NCBI RefSeq assembly: GCF_018350175.1
Contig: NC_058368.1
Location: 40,054,001-40,118,000, forward strand
Source: Felis catus
Lineage: Eukaryota
DNA length: 64,000 bases
Direction of reading: 5' to 3'
Part shown: positions 39,418 through 52,746 of the stretch, piece after piece
How positions within the stretch are numbered: the first letter of the stretch is position 1
Layout: each line of letters starts with the position of its first letter
Notes under the pieces: model-generated
The model's database searches: none
What the model was told of the DNA's origin: nothing
What the model saw: only the letters and a program-made list of their open reading frames with translations
Position numbers and translations under genes: made by a program

Positions 39418-39580
39418 CTTTTTTAATGTTTATTTATTAGTTTCTGAGAGAGAGAGTGAGAGGGAGCACAAATGGGGGAGAGACAGAGAGAGAGAGAGGG
39501 AGAGAGAAAATCTCAAGCAGGCTGCATACTCAGCAAGGAGCCTGACACGTGCTTAATCTCATTACCATGAGATCATGACC
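39418..39580 (-). mobile_element. Can-SINE lacking its 5' head
   Basis: T tail and GA tract; sequence stops at gagatcatgacc and is followed by short gatcat repeats. Confidence 0.85.
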
Positions 39581-39632
39581 GTTAGATCATGAGATCATTT
39601 GTACCACTTTTTTTGCGTGGGCATATGTTCTT

Positions 39633-39644
39633 TTTTTAATCTTT

Positions 39645-39695
<51 letters not shown>

Positions 39696-39853
39696 AGGGA
39701 AGGAGGAAAGAGAGGGAGACACAGAATCTGAAGCAGGTTCCAGGCTCTGAGCTTTCAGCACAGAGACTGACATTGGGCTTGAACCCACAAACCGAGAGAT
39801 CATGACCAGAGCTGAAGTCAGACACTTAACCAACTGAGCCACCCAGGTGCCCC
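39633..39853 (-). mobile_element. Can-SINE with expanded (GA)n
   Basis: TSD gtgggcatatgttctt on both sides; long GA run ~39647-39694. Confidence 0.96.
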
Positions 39854-42739
39854 ATGTGGGCATATGTTCTTATTTATCTTGAGTAAATACCTAGGCATGA
39901 ATTGCCAGGATATATTTCCAAACCGGTCTTACCAGTTTGTATCCTCACCAGCAGTGTATGAAAATGCTATTATTCCTCAGCTTTGCCTACACTTGGTATG
40001 ATCAGTCATTCTAAGTTTAGTCATTTAAATACTTGTGTAGTGGAATCTAATTGTGTTGGCTAATGATGTTGACACCTTCATAGGTGATTATTTGCAATCA
40101 GTATATTTTCCTTTGCAATTCAAATATTTTGTCCATTTGAAAAAGTTGGTCGTTAGCTTTCTGTTCATTGAGTTATAATAGTTCTCTATATATTCTACAT
40201 ACATTTTTTGTTAACAAATATGTTTCATAAAGGGGATACAGTCTGTCTCTTACCTTCTCATTTTTTGATGAAACCCAATATATTGATGTTTTTCTTTCAT
40301 CGTTCACATGTTTTAAATCACATTTTAAGATTATTTACCAAAGCTAACATCATCACAACTTTCTCCTAATTTTTGCCTAGATACTTAATTTTTTATTCTC
40401 TCATTTATATCTATGACACATTTATATTTATTTTTTCCTGAATTAAGTTTCATTTATTTGAGGGCAAATTCAAAAGGATTTTTTTCTTTTTTGCCAAATC
40501 TTAGCATATTATTAATGAAAATATCTGCACACTTACCATGATACACTTGAAAGTGAGACAAATAAAATATAAATACAGATATGGATGTAACATGAAAAGC
40601 CCAAATTAAATTTTGAATATATGGTGTAAGGTAAGTACCTAGATTTCTTTTTTCAATATTGCGTAAGAATATCCAATTGTTCCAGTACCATCTGTTGACT
40701 AATTAATCATTTTTAAATTGAATTGCCTTGGCATGTGTGTTAAAAATCAATTGGCCATATGTATGTGGGACTATTGTTTTCCACTGATTTATGCGTCTGT
40801 TTTCAGTACAATATCACATAGACTTTATAACTGTAGCTATATAAGAAGTGTCGAAGTCGGGTGCTTTAAGTTCTAAAACTTTATTAATCTTTTCAACATT
40901 GCCTTGACCATTTTAAGTAGATGGTATTTCCACATACATTTTAGCTTTTCAACGTTTATAAATAAGCCTATTTGTATTTTGACTGGATTGACTTGAATTT
41001 ATAGGTCAATTTTGAAAGAATTAATGTTTTAACTATATTGAGTGTTCTGACCTATTACCCATTAACATAATATGCTGCTCCATTTACTTAGGTCTTCTTT
41101 CATTTGTCAGCCATATTTGTTTTATAGTAGTCAATGTAAAACTTAAGACTTTTGTCAAATATATACCTATATATTAAATGTATCCCTAAGAATTTTATTT
41201 TTACACTATTGTAAATAGTAACTTTTATTTCAATTTTCAGCTTTTCTTTGTCTGACCCACTCCAATTTTCTTTTAATAAGAATATAGATACTCCAACTTG
41301 CTTTTGATAAGAACATGATTTATCTTTTTCCATATTTTAAATTATAACCTATCCATGTCTTTACATTTAAATGTTTTGTTTGTTTGTTTGTTTGTTTGTT
41401 TGTTTTTGTAAGCAACACATAATCTCCTGGCTTTTTTATTTAATCTGATAGTTTCTGCCTTTTAGTTGGGGATTGAGACTAGTTATATTTAAGGTAATTA
41501 TTCATATATTTAGACTTAAATCTAATGTCTTGTCATTTATTGTTTATTTGACCTAGCTTTTTCCTTTTCTTCTTTGCCAATTTTCTTTAGATTAGGTGAA
41601 TATTGTTTTCATGATGTCATTTTCACTCATTTGTTCACTCACTAGTTAGCAGGAATTGTTTTGCCCTTTTAGTGATTACTTAAATTTTATGGTATATATC
41701 TTGAAATTAATGCATTCTAACTTCAATATATATTACACTACTTCACTAATAGTATTAAAAATTTAGAACAGAATATTTGCACCCTCTCTTGGCTTTTTTG
41801 CCATTTGCTCTCTAACACTTTGTCTCTGTGTTTTTATTAGTCCCACAAAAGTATATGTATGTATGTATGTATTTTGCTGTAAGAAGTCACTTATTTTTTA
41901 AAATATTTGAAAACATACTCTTTTGCATTTATCCACACAAGTTAGTTATTTCATGTGGAGAGGTAAATCTGTTCCCTGTTACTTCCTACTTTCCAAGATA
42001 TGTCCAAAACTATCTTTTACTTTAGATTTTATGCTTTCTTCTTCATAGTTTCTTAGCCTATACAAAGATAAATATTATTTATTATTCAGATAAATAACAA
42101 GCAAAAAGACAGAGTCCAGATTTAATCATTCATGATTCTTTAACCCAAATATCATAGTATTTATAGATTCTGCAACAGTAAACATTTAAACTTAAGAATC
42201 ATTCTGACTATAATTATGAATCTGAAATATTTTCTACTTCATATTTTCCAATTGAAAATTTTCAATTTCAAATTTTCTCTTGGGAAAGTAACAAATGTGT
42301 GATATTGAATTACCACAAATCGATAGATGTTTATATAATACAGCAAACAAGATTCTGTGGGGATACATGTATCCATAGGATACATAGGATATGTATGTCA
42401 GCACATAGGAAAATAAATAAAGCTCAGATTTCTGAAATCAGGGTGTCTGTGAAGCATGTATACAAATGATTTAGTGAATGTTTATGTGTTTGTCTGGAGT
42501 TCATTGGAGGATGTTATATTTTTGGCAGTATTAATAAATAGCTAGCCAAGTTCTTGAGTACGATGAAACTGTCAAAGAGAGTTAAAAAGAGGATAAAGAT
42601 TAAATTTGATGATGTGATCCTGGAAAACTCAGTACACAGCCACAAATTAAAAACAGGAAGCATGTAAGAGACAGAATGAGACAGAGATTCTAAAGCTTTA
42701 TTGAACTGTTGAATTAAATAAAGAGAATGTTCTTCTCTC

Positions 42740-42970
42740 TTTTTTCTTTAAATGTTTATTTGTTTTTTTGTTTGTTTGTTTGAGACACAGGGAGCACAAG
42801 CAAGGGAGGAGCAAAGAGAGTGGGGGAGAAAGAATCCCAAACAGGCTCTGCGCTGTCAGCATGGAGCCCAAAACAAGGTTCGAACCCACAAACCATGAGA
42901 TCATGACCTGAGCCAAAATCGAGAGTCAGAGGCTTAACCAATCGAGCCACTTCCCTTAATAAGGTACCCC
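42740..42970 (-). mobile_element. Can-SINE
   Basis: T tail, body, head interrupted by a copy of flanking sequence. Confidence 0.92.
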
Positions 42971-43302
42971 CCTCTTCCCTTAATAAGAAGACAGCCTGTA
43001 GTTTTAACTCTATAACTCAAAATACTTCATTTTTTATTTCTAGATTTTAATATGCAAGGCAATTTCATTTGTTTCAAAAATATTATATTAATCTACCCCT
43101 CTCTTTATTTTGAGGAAAATAAAGTCATATTATTAAAATAGGCCTAAGAATGGAGAGGGTGCAGTTGGAGACATTTATGTGAGCCTGAAGTACAGGGTTT
43201 AATTTAATCATTATTTACTAAATGCCTACCTATAATCAGTTACTGTTTTAGGAACCAAGATACATGAGTGAAAAAAGATAAACATCTCTGAACTGATGGA
43301 CT

Positions 43303-43468
43303 CAGGATAGATTACGTAATTCTCAGGGTTCAGTGCCAAATGAAATTATATAGTCTCTTGTTTAAAAAAAAAAAAAGATTTTCAAGGTGGTGAAAACAGA
43401 GAATTAGCTAAACACAAAGCATAAGTTTCTATAATTTCACAGGTCACTGATCCATAAAGCCAGTCCGG
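43303..43468 (-). mobile_element. MER91A-like hAT-Tip100 MITE
   Basis: caggatagattacgtaattctcagggttcagtgccaaatgaaa...tttcaaggtggtgaaaacagagaatta...cacaggtcactgatccataaagccagtcc aligns by eye to reverse-complemented MER91A. Confidence 0.7.
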
Positions 43469-43765
43469 TGTGAAGTTAAATCCTGTGGGAAGAAATAAAT
43501 CATGTATAGAGTTTTAAGGTATTCCCAATCGTGCCTTAAAATCTCTTCCCTTACATTCTAGATTAAAGAGAAGAATTAAAGAAAGAAAAGATATTTTCCC
43601 TTAATATTCCTTGAAAATCTACTCTTTTGGAACATTAATTTGAATATTTCAATAAAATTTGCCTAACACTAATGAAGAATAAATATTCCTATAAATATTT
43701 AAAATAAATTGTGAAAGGTCCCATATGGGGCACATAGTCAATAAAAATCCAGTTTGAAATTCTTC

Positions 43766-43984
43766 AGGGCAGCTGGGTGGCTTAGTCAGTTAAGCGTCCA
43801 ACTTCAACTCAGGTCATCATCTCATGGTTCGTGAGTTTGAACCTCAAGTGGGCTCTGTGCTGATAGCTCAGCGTCTGGAGTCTGCTTTGGATTCTGTGTC
43901 TCACTCTTGCTCTTGTGCGCACGCTCTCTCTCTCTCTCTCAAAAATAAATAAATGAACTCTATAAAACATAAAATAATACGGTA
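43766..43984 (+). mobile_element. Can-SINE
   Basis: Head, CT tract, tail; flanking aaattctt repeat. Confidence 0.92.
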
Positions 43985-46248
43985 AAATTCTTGAACGGCT
44001 CACTACCACTTTTCTTATTATACTTGTCTTCCCAACATTTAGCTTTTTATTAGCTACTAGATGTAATATATATGGATACACATTTTTAGAAGACATTATC
44101 TGATGACATACAATAAAATTTCAATTTCAACAGCTAGCTCACCTGCATGTCCCAGCCTCAAACATAGTTAATAAATACCAACTTTCCACTTTAGGGTCTG
44201 CATCTTGTGAATTGGTTATCTAATGACTAGGTCAGTGATCAATCTGAATATGCAGTGTCATTGCATAAAATATGTGCAAACATTCTAACTGTAGATTCCG
44301 GAAACCTGTCATATTGTCCTTTTACTGTTTCTGTGCCATAATTGTGTAATGGGTTGGAATTTATTTTAGTGAATTTTATTTCCTCTGATATCCTAAAGGA
44401 TTCATCTTTGTTCAAATCCTTATTCAAATTCTTTATTACATGTGAAAGTTATGATCTGATATTCATGTTACCACTTATTCTTATAGGGTTACCATCAAAT
44501 TGTGATTCCAATATTGATATTAATTTTTCTGCAACCATGACATCAGAATATGTATATATTTTAGATTATCTTCCCCATCCACATAGGAAGATATACTCTC
44601 AATTTATTCTTATCATACAATTTGTTGTTATTTTATATGTTTTCCTATAAAAGATTCCAGAAGATTCCAGTTATATGCAGTAGAGATGTGTCATTTGAAG
44701 ATTCAGAATGACATTTAATTACATTTTTAATTCAATTTTCATCCTTTAAAATAGTTACTCAACTTCACAGATGTTATCTCAATTCATATGCAACTTAAAT
44801 TTAATATTATTCTAGTTGTTGCTGTCTGCGCTGTAAATTGTATTTACTAGACACATAACTCTGAAGATGATTTTCTTGATGAGGGCCTATATATAAAGCG
44901 TACCAAATACTGATTTTTAATATATTTTACAACCATGTTATTTTATAATAAATTGGCTAAATTTTCTGAGGTTAATCCCTATTCCTAAAAATATGATGAA
45001 AAAAATCATATGGATGTAGTTATTTTCCATAAATAAATATTTAATCAAGGTATCCTGTATGCCTGGAGTTTTTCATTTCATCTCTAAACTTTATTTAAGC
45101 AGACAGAAAGAGGAAAATTTGGAGGAATTATTTAGAAGGTGATGTCAGCATACTACTAATAGGCATTATAGTTAGTCCTTTTCCTTATTATAAATTTACA
45201 AATATCAAAAAATTGACAAAACTTACATATTTCTACTGTATATAATTTGTGATCTTTTAAAATTTTTGGAGAAATTCATATCTCTGATTCCCAAATTTGT
45301 GTGTGTTTTTGCCATATACTACTCTAAGGATTAATATCTCAATATTTTAGTGGCTACTTTAATTTTCAAATTCCAGCTACTTTGTATAGATGTTCAGTGC
45401 CTGCATAGGGTTCTAACCTCTCTCATTTTCTCAGAGACAAGAAAAGTCTATAGAAATTTTGATTCAGAACTGAAAATACCAAGATCTAGTTGCTTGCAAC
45501 TTCACAAAGTATAGGTGTTATAGCCAATATTCTCTGCCAGAGTTAGCCCAAAGCAATGGAGAAGCTTGAAGCATACTAGAACTCAAAGAGTTCTGAAGAC
45601 ATTCTAATGACATCCCAATTTCTGGATCTAGTGTTCTTGAGGTCATGCTGAATTTCTATCCTTGTGGAAACAAATAATTTATCATTCAATTGTTGGCACA
45701 TCCTTTAATTCTACCTGTACCACCTTGGATCTCAGCAAGAAAAAGAGCACACTTGAAAGAGAAAATTGAAAAAAAAAATTCAAAAAGACTATATACAAAG
45801 GTATGTGCAGGGTATAGAGAAATAGCTAGAGATGGCACGGTATGTGGGAAACTAGCAAGATTGGGACATTTTTATCTACGTCCAGATTTAAAAAAAAAAG
45901 GCAAAGGCAGAGAGTGATTATCTGAGCCTGAAGAGAGTATTTGTGAGTTTTGCGCTTCCCACTGGAACTTTGTCCTTTGGTGGAGGGAGGCAACCAACTC
46001 AGGAAATACAGGACAGGGAAAGCGGGGAGCGTAAATAAATATTCAGTTCTCATTGTCTTAAAGCCTTTTTTGCCAGTGCTTTTGGCCATGAGCCAAACTC
46101 AGCTAGAGACATAAAGAAATAATGTAATTATTAAGATAAAATGGAGGGACTAGGTTTCAAAGAGGATTTGAGCACCTCAGGTTGAAAACAAAGCTATCCA
46201 GAATTTGAAAGGTATTTTATTCAACCACTAGGAGTATGTTACACCTCT

Positions 46249-46251
<3 letters not shown>

Positions 46252-46294
<43 letters not shown>

Positions 46295-46310
46295 CACACA
46301 CACACACACA
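46252..46310. repeat. (CA)n microsatellite, one interruption
   Basis: CA run with a single CG interruption. Confidence 0.97.
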
Positions 46311-46919
46311 GAGTGTATGCCCTAGTGCAGAGTCTAAATCATACATAATTACTAATATGTACTTTGTGAGAATGTGAAAGAAAAAAATTACAAAATTTCA
46401 TATTCATCTTCAATTTTTATTTTTTTTGTATACACACACACATGAATCATATATTCAGTATTGTATCACAGATAAACACACATGCATGAAATACATCACT
46501 CATAACATTTCATTGTAAAAGAGAGGAATACATTTTATGAAATATTATTTTATTATTTTAAAATGCTTTTAAAAGTGGAATGAAAATTCAATTTTCTCAA
46601 GGAGTTGGAAGCTTTGGCTCATCTTTTAGAGCACATATTGCTGGGAAGTCTATTGCCCCGTTTGTCATTTCACTTTTCCCTACAGGCTCTGCCCTTATGT
46701 GAGATATATTGCTTGTCCAACATAAAGAGTTGGAATATTTAAAGTATGGATTGGTTTTGGTCATATAGTGTGAATCACCTAATATATGAGGGATTTTGTT
46801 ACTTACATAGTTTTTATAATTTAATAGAGCTATCTTTTTTGATAACATCACAATCTCAAAGTTGCATAGCTTTTATGAACTATTATATTTATCAATAAAT
46901 AGAAACTGATATCCAGTAT

Positions 46920-47116
46920 GTTTTATTTATTTGAGAGAGACAGAGACAGAGCGAGTGGGGAGGGGTAGAGAGAGAGGGAGACAGAGAATCTCAAGCCAGC
47001 TCCATGCTGCCAGCACAGAGCCCAACCCAGGGTTCAAACTCATGAAACTGTGAGATCATGACCTGAGCTGAAATCAAGAGTCAGACGCTTACCTGACTGA
47101 ACCACCAGGTGTCCCC
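46920..47116 (-). mobile_element. Can-SINE
   Basis: GA tract, ends accaccaggtgtcccc. Confidence 0.93.
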
Positions 47117-47257
47117 GACTCAAATGTTTTTAAGTTATGAAAAATTAAAAGATCAAGAAGATGTCACAATATTATATAAAACACCTGTTCCTTAATTTTA
47201 TGTGTTGAATGAGAGTATTGTGAAAGGATATGGTCATTAGCAATCAAAAAATATCTT

Positions 47258-47446
47258 TTTTTTTTCAAGAGAGAGAAAGCATGGAAGCGGTGGGGAAGGG
47301 GCAGAGGGCAAGGGAGAGAAAATCTTATGCAGGCTCCATGCCAACCGTGAAGCACAATGCAGGGATGGATCTCATGATTGGGAGATCATGAGCTGAGCTG
47401 ATATCAAGAGTGGGATGCTTAACCGACTGAGCCATCTAGGCCACCC
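47258..47446 (-). mobile_element. Can-SINE
   Basis: TSD agcaatcaaaaaatatctt / agcaatcaacaaatatctt. Confidence 0.93.
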
Positions 47447-48049
47447 AGCAATCAACAAATATCTTAATGCTGTTATTCTAAGATGTCAAAAAGTAATCAA
47501 AAACTATAGAATAATAGTTATAAAAGAGTTTCTGTTCTTAAAATATTGGGGAAGAGATAGAACATTATATAGCAAATATATTTTACATCTTGAACTTATA
47601 ATTAATGTTGATAGTTTTTTCGGAAAAAGATGAGATCTCTTTCAGCTGTGTAGATAAGGAATGTATTATACAAAAAGCAACACTGAGCTACATTTTGAAG
47701 AATAGGTAGGTATTTGACAGGCAAAGAAGATGGGCATGTCATTTATCACTCATGCATGACTCTGGAATGAAAAATCATAAAGCATGTTTAACATACACTG
47801 ATTTATGCCTTCACCGAGGTATCTTGATTTGTATCAGTTTCCTTGGAATACTTTTTGTAAGGAAACAAACCTGAAGAAACAAGACTGCAACTAGATTATA
47901 AATGCTTTGAAAATCATGTTTCTTTCATTCTATTAAAAATGCCTTTGCTGAGGTCAAATATCAATAAATTCTATGCTCCTCAGTCCTTCAGACTTAGAAT
48001 CATGGCATCACTTGAAATGGTTGATTGGTCCACATTCTGTTTTGCCTTC

Positions 48050-48435
48050 TGTCTTAGTCTGATTGGGCAGCTATAACAGAATACAATAGACTGGATGGCT
48101 TATAAACAACAGAAATTTACTTTCTCAAATTCTAGAGGCTGGGAAATCCCAAATGAAGGTGCCAGCAGATTGTATGTCTGCAGAGGACCTACGTCCTGGT
48201 TTGCAAACGGCCATCTTCTCCTCTTACCTTCACATAGAAGAGAGCTGAAAGAATTTTAAGTCTCTTTTATGAGAGCATTAATCCCATTCATGAAGATTCC
48301 ACCCTCATGACTTACTCACCTACCAAAGGCCCTACTTTCTAATATCATCACATTGAGAATTAGGATTTAAACATATGAATTATGGGTAAAAAGGCGGTGG
48401 GGGAGGAGGGAGACATAAACATTTAGTTTATGGAA
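48050..48435. mobile_element. MLT1A-type MaLR solo LTR
   Basis: tgtcttagtc...ggcttataaacaacagaaattta...aatcccattcatga...ccaccctcatgac...aacatatgaatt; 5-bp TSD ccttc / gcttc. Confidence 0.9.
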
Positions 48436-48879
48436 GCTTCCAAGGCACTCCATCTCTTGTATTGTTTTGTTTTCTCCCCCAAATTTTATCTTTTCTCTCC
48501 TAGTTTCTTTTTAGGCTTACTTTTCTTTCTGAGCCTCAACTCAGAATATATATATTCTATATACAGTCTTATTATTTCTTTTTCTCCTTCTACAGAAATC
48601 TCTTAGATAACAAAAATCTGTCCCAAAATTTTATTTTTTAATGTTAATCAGTAAAATGTTTTGTCAATATTACTTATAGTGAATAAATTTATAATTCAAT
48701 GTGGCTAAAACTCAATTAATACTATTGATACCAAAGGTTATATCCTTGAGTTCTAACTCTGACTGCCTTTTCACCTGTTCGATTACTGAAGTCAAAGACA
48801 CAAGTCATTATTGACATCTACCTCATGCCTCACAGCCATATCCAATGCATCATAATTATAGAATGAGATTCATACATTC

Positions 48880-50260
48880 TTTTTAACTATTGATGATTTG
48901 ATTGACTGCTCCCTATTGGCTCTATTCTCTTCATGTTCTGAATGAACAAATTCGATAGTTGTTATTTTCTTAGAGATGAGGTTTAAGCTTGTCTACATCT
49001 TTTTCATCAACTTCTTCAAACCTATATTTATTTTTAAGAACATTTTTCCCCTGTACTTAAAATCTTTTTAGTCTTGGGAAAGGGGACAGTATATAGGGAT
49101 AGTTTCATGTATACAACATTCATTATTTATGGAGAAAATCTTTACTGAGTTTTCCCAATTAACTCTAGAGATTTATTTACAAGCCAAGAGTCTTGGAGAG
49201 ACCTCCAAGTGAAGCTTCTTGTTGGAATGCACGTACTGGAATATAGTATATAAGCAATAAGCAGACATGCCTTGAAAGCTGTAATAACCCTATGGCCCAT
49301 GGACTTTAATAGCATATTCAGAGTAGTGAAAATTTTTGAAATTTGTAACTATGCTGAACAAAATAGGTCATATGTGTAAGATAACTGTCATTGCCACACA
49401 AAGCTTCCTTTATGATATGTTTGCTGTGTAATGCATTGTTCTGGGGAAAATATTTCACTTAGACCAGAATATCCTTTTTCCTCATCCCAACTTTGTAATT
49501 TAACCTCCAAATAATTAGCTATTTTCTTTTGATCATTTCCTTGACTACCTGGAGGTTTCTGTACCATTGCATTTATAAGATTTTTAACTTAGTATCTTAC
49601 AATTTACCCTGAATATTAAAGTTAGCATTATCCTTTAATTCTTTGAGACCGGACATTTCTTCTGCTACGAGGTAAATATGCAGAATGGACAGTGCTTTTC
49701 AAACAAACTTACTTCATATACCTAGAAAATATTTATTGCTACAGTCTCATTCATCAACAAGGTTTTATAAATCAGACATTTGTACACAATCTCTTCAATG
49801 TCAACTATGTTCCCACTTTGCCATTTTTATTATGTAGCATGACACAGCTCTTGAATCTATCCAACTATATAAGGCTTGTTTTTAATATTAACTTCTTTGC
49901 TGACTCATGACTCTTTTCCACAAACTCCATCATCAGCTGCTCAAGCAAGGTCATTACCTTCAGTTGGATCAACAAGTGAAGAAAGGGATGTCACTATCAC
50001 TAGACTCTTCGTCCATTTTACTAGTTATTGCACAAGTTTTTCTATCACAAAATTAGGTGTTCCTTTTGTACAATGCATCTTACTATCAAATACTATCTAC
50101 ACAACTTCTTGTTCACTCTTTATGTTAGCATGCACTGTGGTAACTGGCATATGCAGCATGCATATTACTGTTTTGCAATGTGCTCCTTTATCAAAGACTA
50201 TTATATTCTCATTTGCATTTATTCAACACATCTCAGTTTTTGAGTTCAAATACAGTTCAA
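48880..50260 (-). mobile_element. Decayed Tigger/pogo-family (CENP-B-like) DDE transposase relic
   Basis: Manual minus-strand translation gives ordered motifs LHMPVTTVHANIK, IEKLVQ*LVKW, LIQLKVMTLLEQL, KTSLI*LDRFKSCVMLHN, RNLQVVK...LIIWRLNYKVGM, LLKSMGHRVITAFKA, GFEEVDEKDVDKL. Confidence 0.75.
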
Positions 50261-50760
50261 GAGAGATTAAAAACAAAGGCTAAATAAAAAAAGCATTGAA
50301 CAAACACATTGAGAACAAATACAAAATGTCAGACAACTCTTACTGAGTGTGACCCTGAGTTGCCTCAGAGCTAACAATATCTCAGATGCTCTTATTGAAA
50401 CTCTGCATGTTTTTCAGAGAATAATAGATATGAAGTTCTGCAATTTTATTTTCAATGTTGTTCAAAGATATTTCTGTGTACATATTGCTGTTTTTATTTG
50501 GTTCAGGGAGTCTAAATTTTTTTTCATTTATAAATATTAAGCTAAAATCATTGAATTAAAAGAATATATAATGAAATGCATTTATTCCATAAAAATGATA
50601 CTAAGAAACAAGGAGAACTCTAACATTTTGAAGAAGATAGCAGGGTTGACAGGGTATGTCTATTGTTAAAATTTGTACCTTCTCACTTGGACATGTCCAA
50701 AGGACAAAAACCCCAAATCATTTAAAATTGAATTTATTAATCTTATTGTTACAAGTGATA

Positions 50761-50969
50761 GGGGCACCTGGATGGCTCAGTCAGTTAAGCGCCCAAGTTC
50801 AGCTCAGGTCATGATCTCACAGCTTGTGAGTTCAAGCCCCAAGTCGGGCTCTGTGCTGACAGCTCAGAGCCTGGAACCTATTTCAGATTCTGTGTCTCCC
50901 TCTCTCCCTCTCTGCCCCTCCCCTGCTTGTGCTCTGTCTCTCTCTCAAAAATAAACATTAAAAAAATAA
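50761..50969 (+). mobile_element. Can-SINE
   Basis: ggggcacctggatggctcag head, CT tract, A tail. Confidence 0.95.
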
Positions 50970-51593
50970 ATTATTATATGTATAAACATGATAAAGAAAA
51001 TAAGTATACTCAAGTCATTAGGAATCAAGATTTTGAGTATTAAACAGTTCAAAATATAAAATCTACAAAGTTAATTAAAATCCAATAGTCTCTAATTTGA
51101 ATTGTAATAGTATTATGAACATATGATTTATTTTTGCTTTTTAAAAGCTATGTAATTCTTAACTGTCCCCTGAGAAATCTTAAAAACTATAACAACCCAA
51201 AATAAGTGGGAATCTCTAGGGTCCCAAGTACTTGTAAGTACCACTTTCCACTAGAAAAAAAAAAGCTAATTCTAGATTTGGAACATAAATTTGAAAGATG
51301 AGACATGAAAAAGGATTCTATCAGTAGAATTTAGGAATTAGCCTAAAGTGGCTCAAATGGGGTAAAAGATGAGATATTTTGGACATTAAAACAATTAAGA
51401 TGTAGTGGTTTGAAGTACATTAAGTACTTCAAAAATTGAAGTATCCATAATGAAAATCAACTAAAACAAAATGATGCCTCATGGGCCATCATTGAGTTTA
51501 CTAAAACACCAAATAATTATTCTGAAATTGTTAAATAAAGGTTAAAAATTTCAATGAAAAATTAGGTTACTTTTCATTAGAATTTAAGTAGGA

Positions 51594-51832
51594 GGGGCTC
51601 CTGGGTGGCTCAATTGGTTAAGCATCCAACTTTAGCTCAGGTCATGATCTCATGCTTTGTGGGTTGGAGCCCCACATTGGGCTCTGTGCTGACAGCTCAA
51701 AGCCTGGAGCCTGCTTCGGATTCTGTGTCTCCCTCTCTCTCTGTCCCTCCCCAGCTTGCACTCTATCTCTTTCCCTCTCTCTCTTTCTCTCAAAAATAAA
51801 TAAGCATTAAAAAAAGTTTTTAAAAAATAAAA
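51594..51832 (+). mobile_element. Can-SINE
   Basis: ggggctcctgggtggctca head, CT tract, A tail. Confidence 0.95.
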
Positions 51833-52746
51833 ACTAAAGTAGAATAAGGGAAATGAGAAAAAAAATATTTATTCTCTTCTCAGTTTTCCAATGCCCACAT
51901 ACATATCATATCTTATGTATCACCTTTATGCTTTTTTTAAGGACAATATAAAGATTTCACATTTTCAAATTTATTAGCCATTCTCCACTCTTATCTCTAT
52001 CTCTATAATTGTGGTAAGTAACATTTAAATTTAGGTGTAGTCTATCAAGCAGTATAACTCACTATTTTCTAAGTCCCTGTTTTCAAAATAAAAGAATATT
52101 TTATGGAATAGGACCAATGTTATATAATTACATCATAAAGACATATCTTTGATATTTTTCTTAAGAGATCCCAAAGTGAAATGCAGGAGGCCTCTTGGAT
52201 CCCATGATTTTTGATTTTCTGAAATCCAAGATACTTTATGCAATTTTAACCAGAGTTTAGTCTTCATTTTATAAATGTGGGTTGCATCAAACTCTGTCTA
52301 CCTACATGAAGGAAATGGTGTGCTTTCTCTGGAAATGTATAAGGTTTAGAATCTACATTTCATTATTTAAAATAATCTAAAATTAATCCCTTTCTCTTGG
52401 CCTCATAGAATGAATGTTTCAGATCAAATGGTATTTATGGCAAAAGCTTTAGAATGGGACACTGGAAAAAGAAAAATAAGTAAAGTGGTATAGATCTTAG
52501 GTATTTGTAATTAACGTAGAATCTAAAGGGCTAGTCTGAATAAAGTGCTTAAATATAGCACAAGTGGAATAAGATATATATTCTCTTCTCGTATTAATAA
52601 GAGCAGAATGTATACAATATTGATTCAAAAAATAATGTTCAAATATTGTATTTGTCACTTGGACTACAGTAGTTCATGAGATATATATGTATGATCCTTG
52701 CCCTTGGAAGACCATCACACATATTTCAATGTGGAAAGTCCAAGGG

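Larger units (their letters stand above)
39060..41960 (-). mobile_element. Old, fragmented LINE-1 (antisense) with nested SINEs
   Basis: ccctaggcagccactgat, gagtaaatacctagg, atcctcaccagcagtgtatga, atatccaattgttccagtaccatctgttga, tgactggattgacttgaatttataggtcaatttt; boundaries approximate. Confidence 0.8.

Noticed and set aside
42361..42397. ggatacatgtatcc palindrome with ataggatac repeats
   Set aside because: Short local slippage or inversion with no further structure.
49876..50283. 135-aa plus-strand ORF as a gene
   Set aside because: Non-ATG start, and it lies antisense to the decayed Tigger transposase frame.
1865..51799. Family of similar ORFs beginning MAQLVK/MAQSVK (e.g. 1865, 3863, 12665, 13279, 51605)
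   Set aside because: All are GTG-started reading frames through Can-SINE bodies, not a paralogous gene family.
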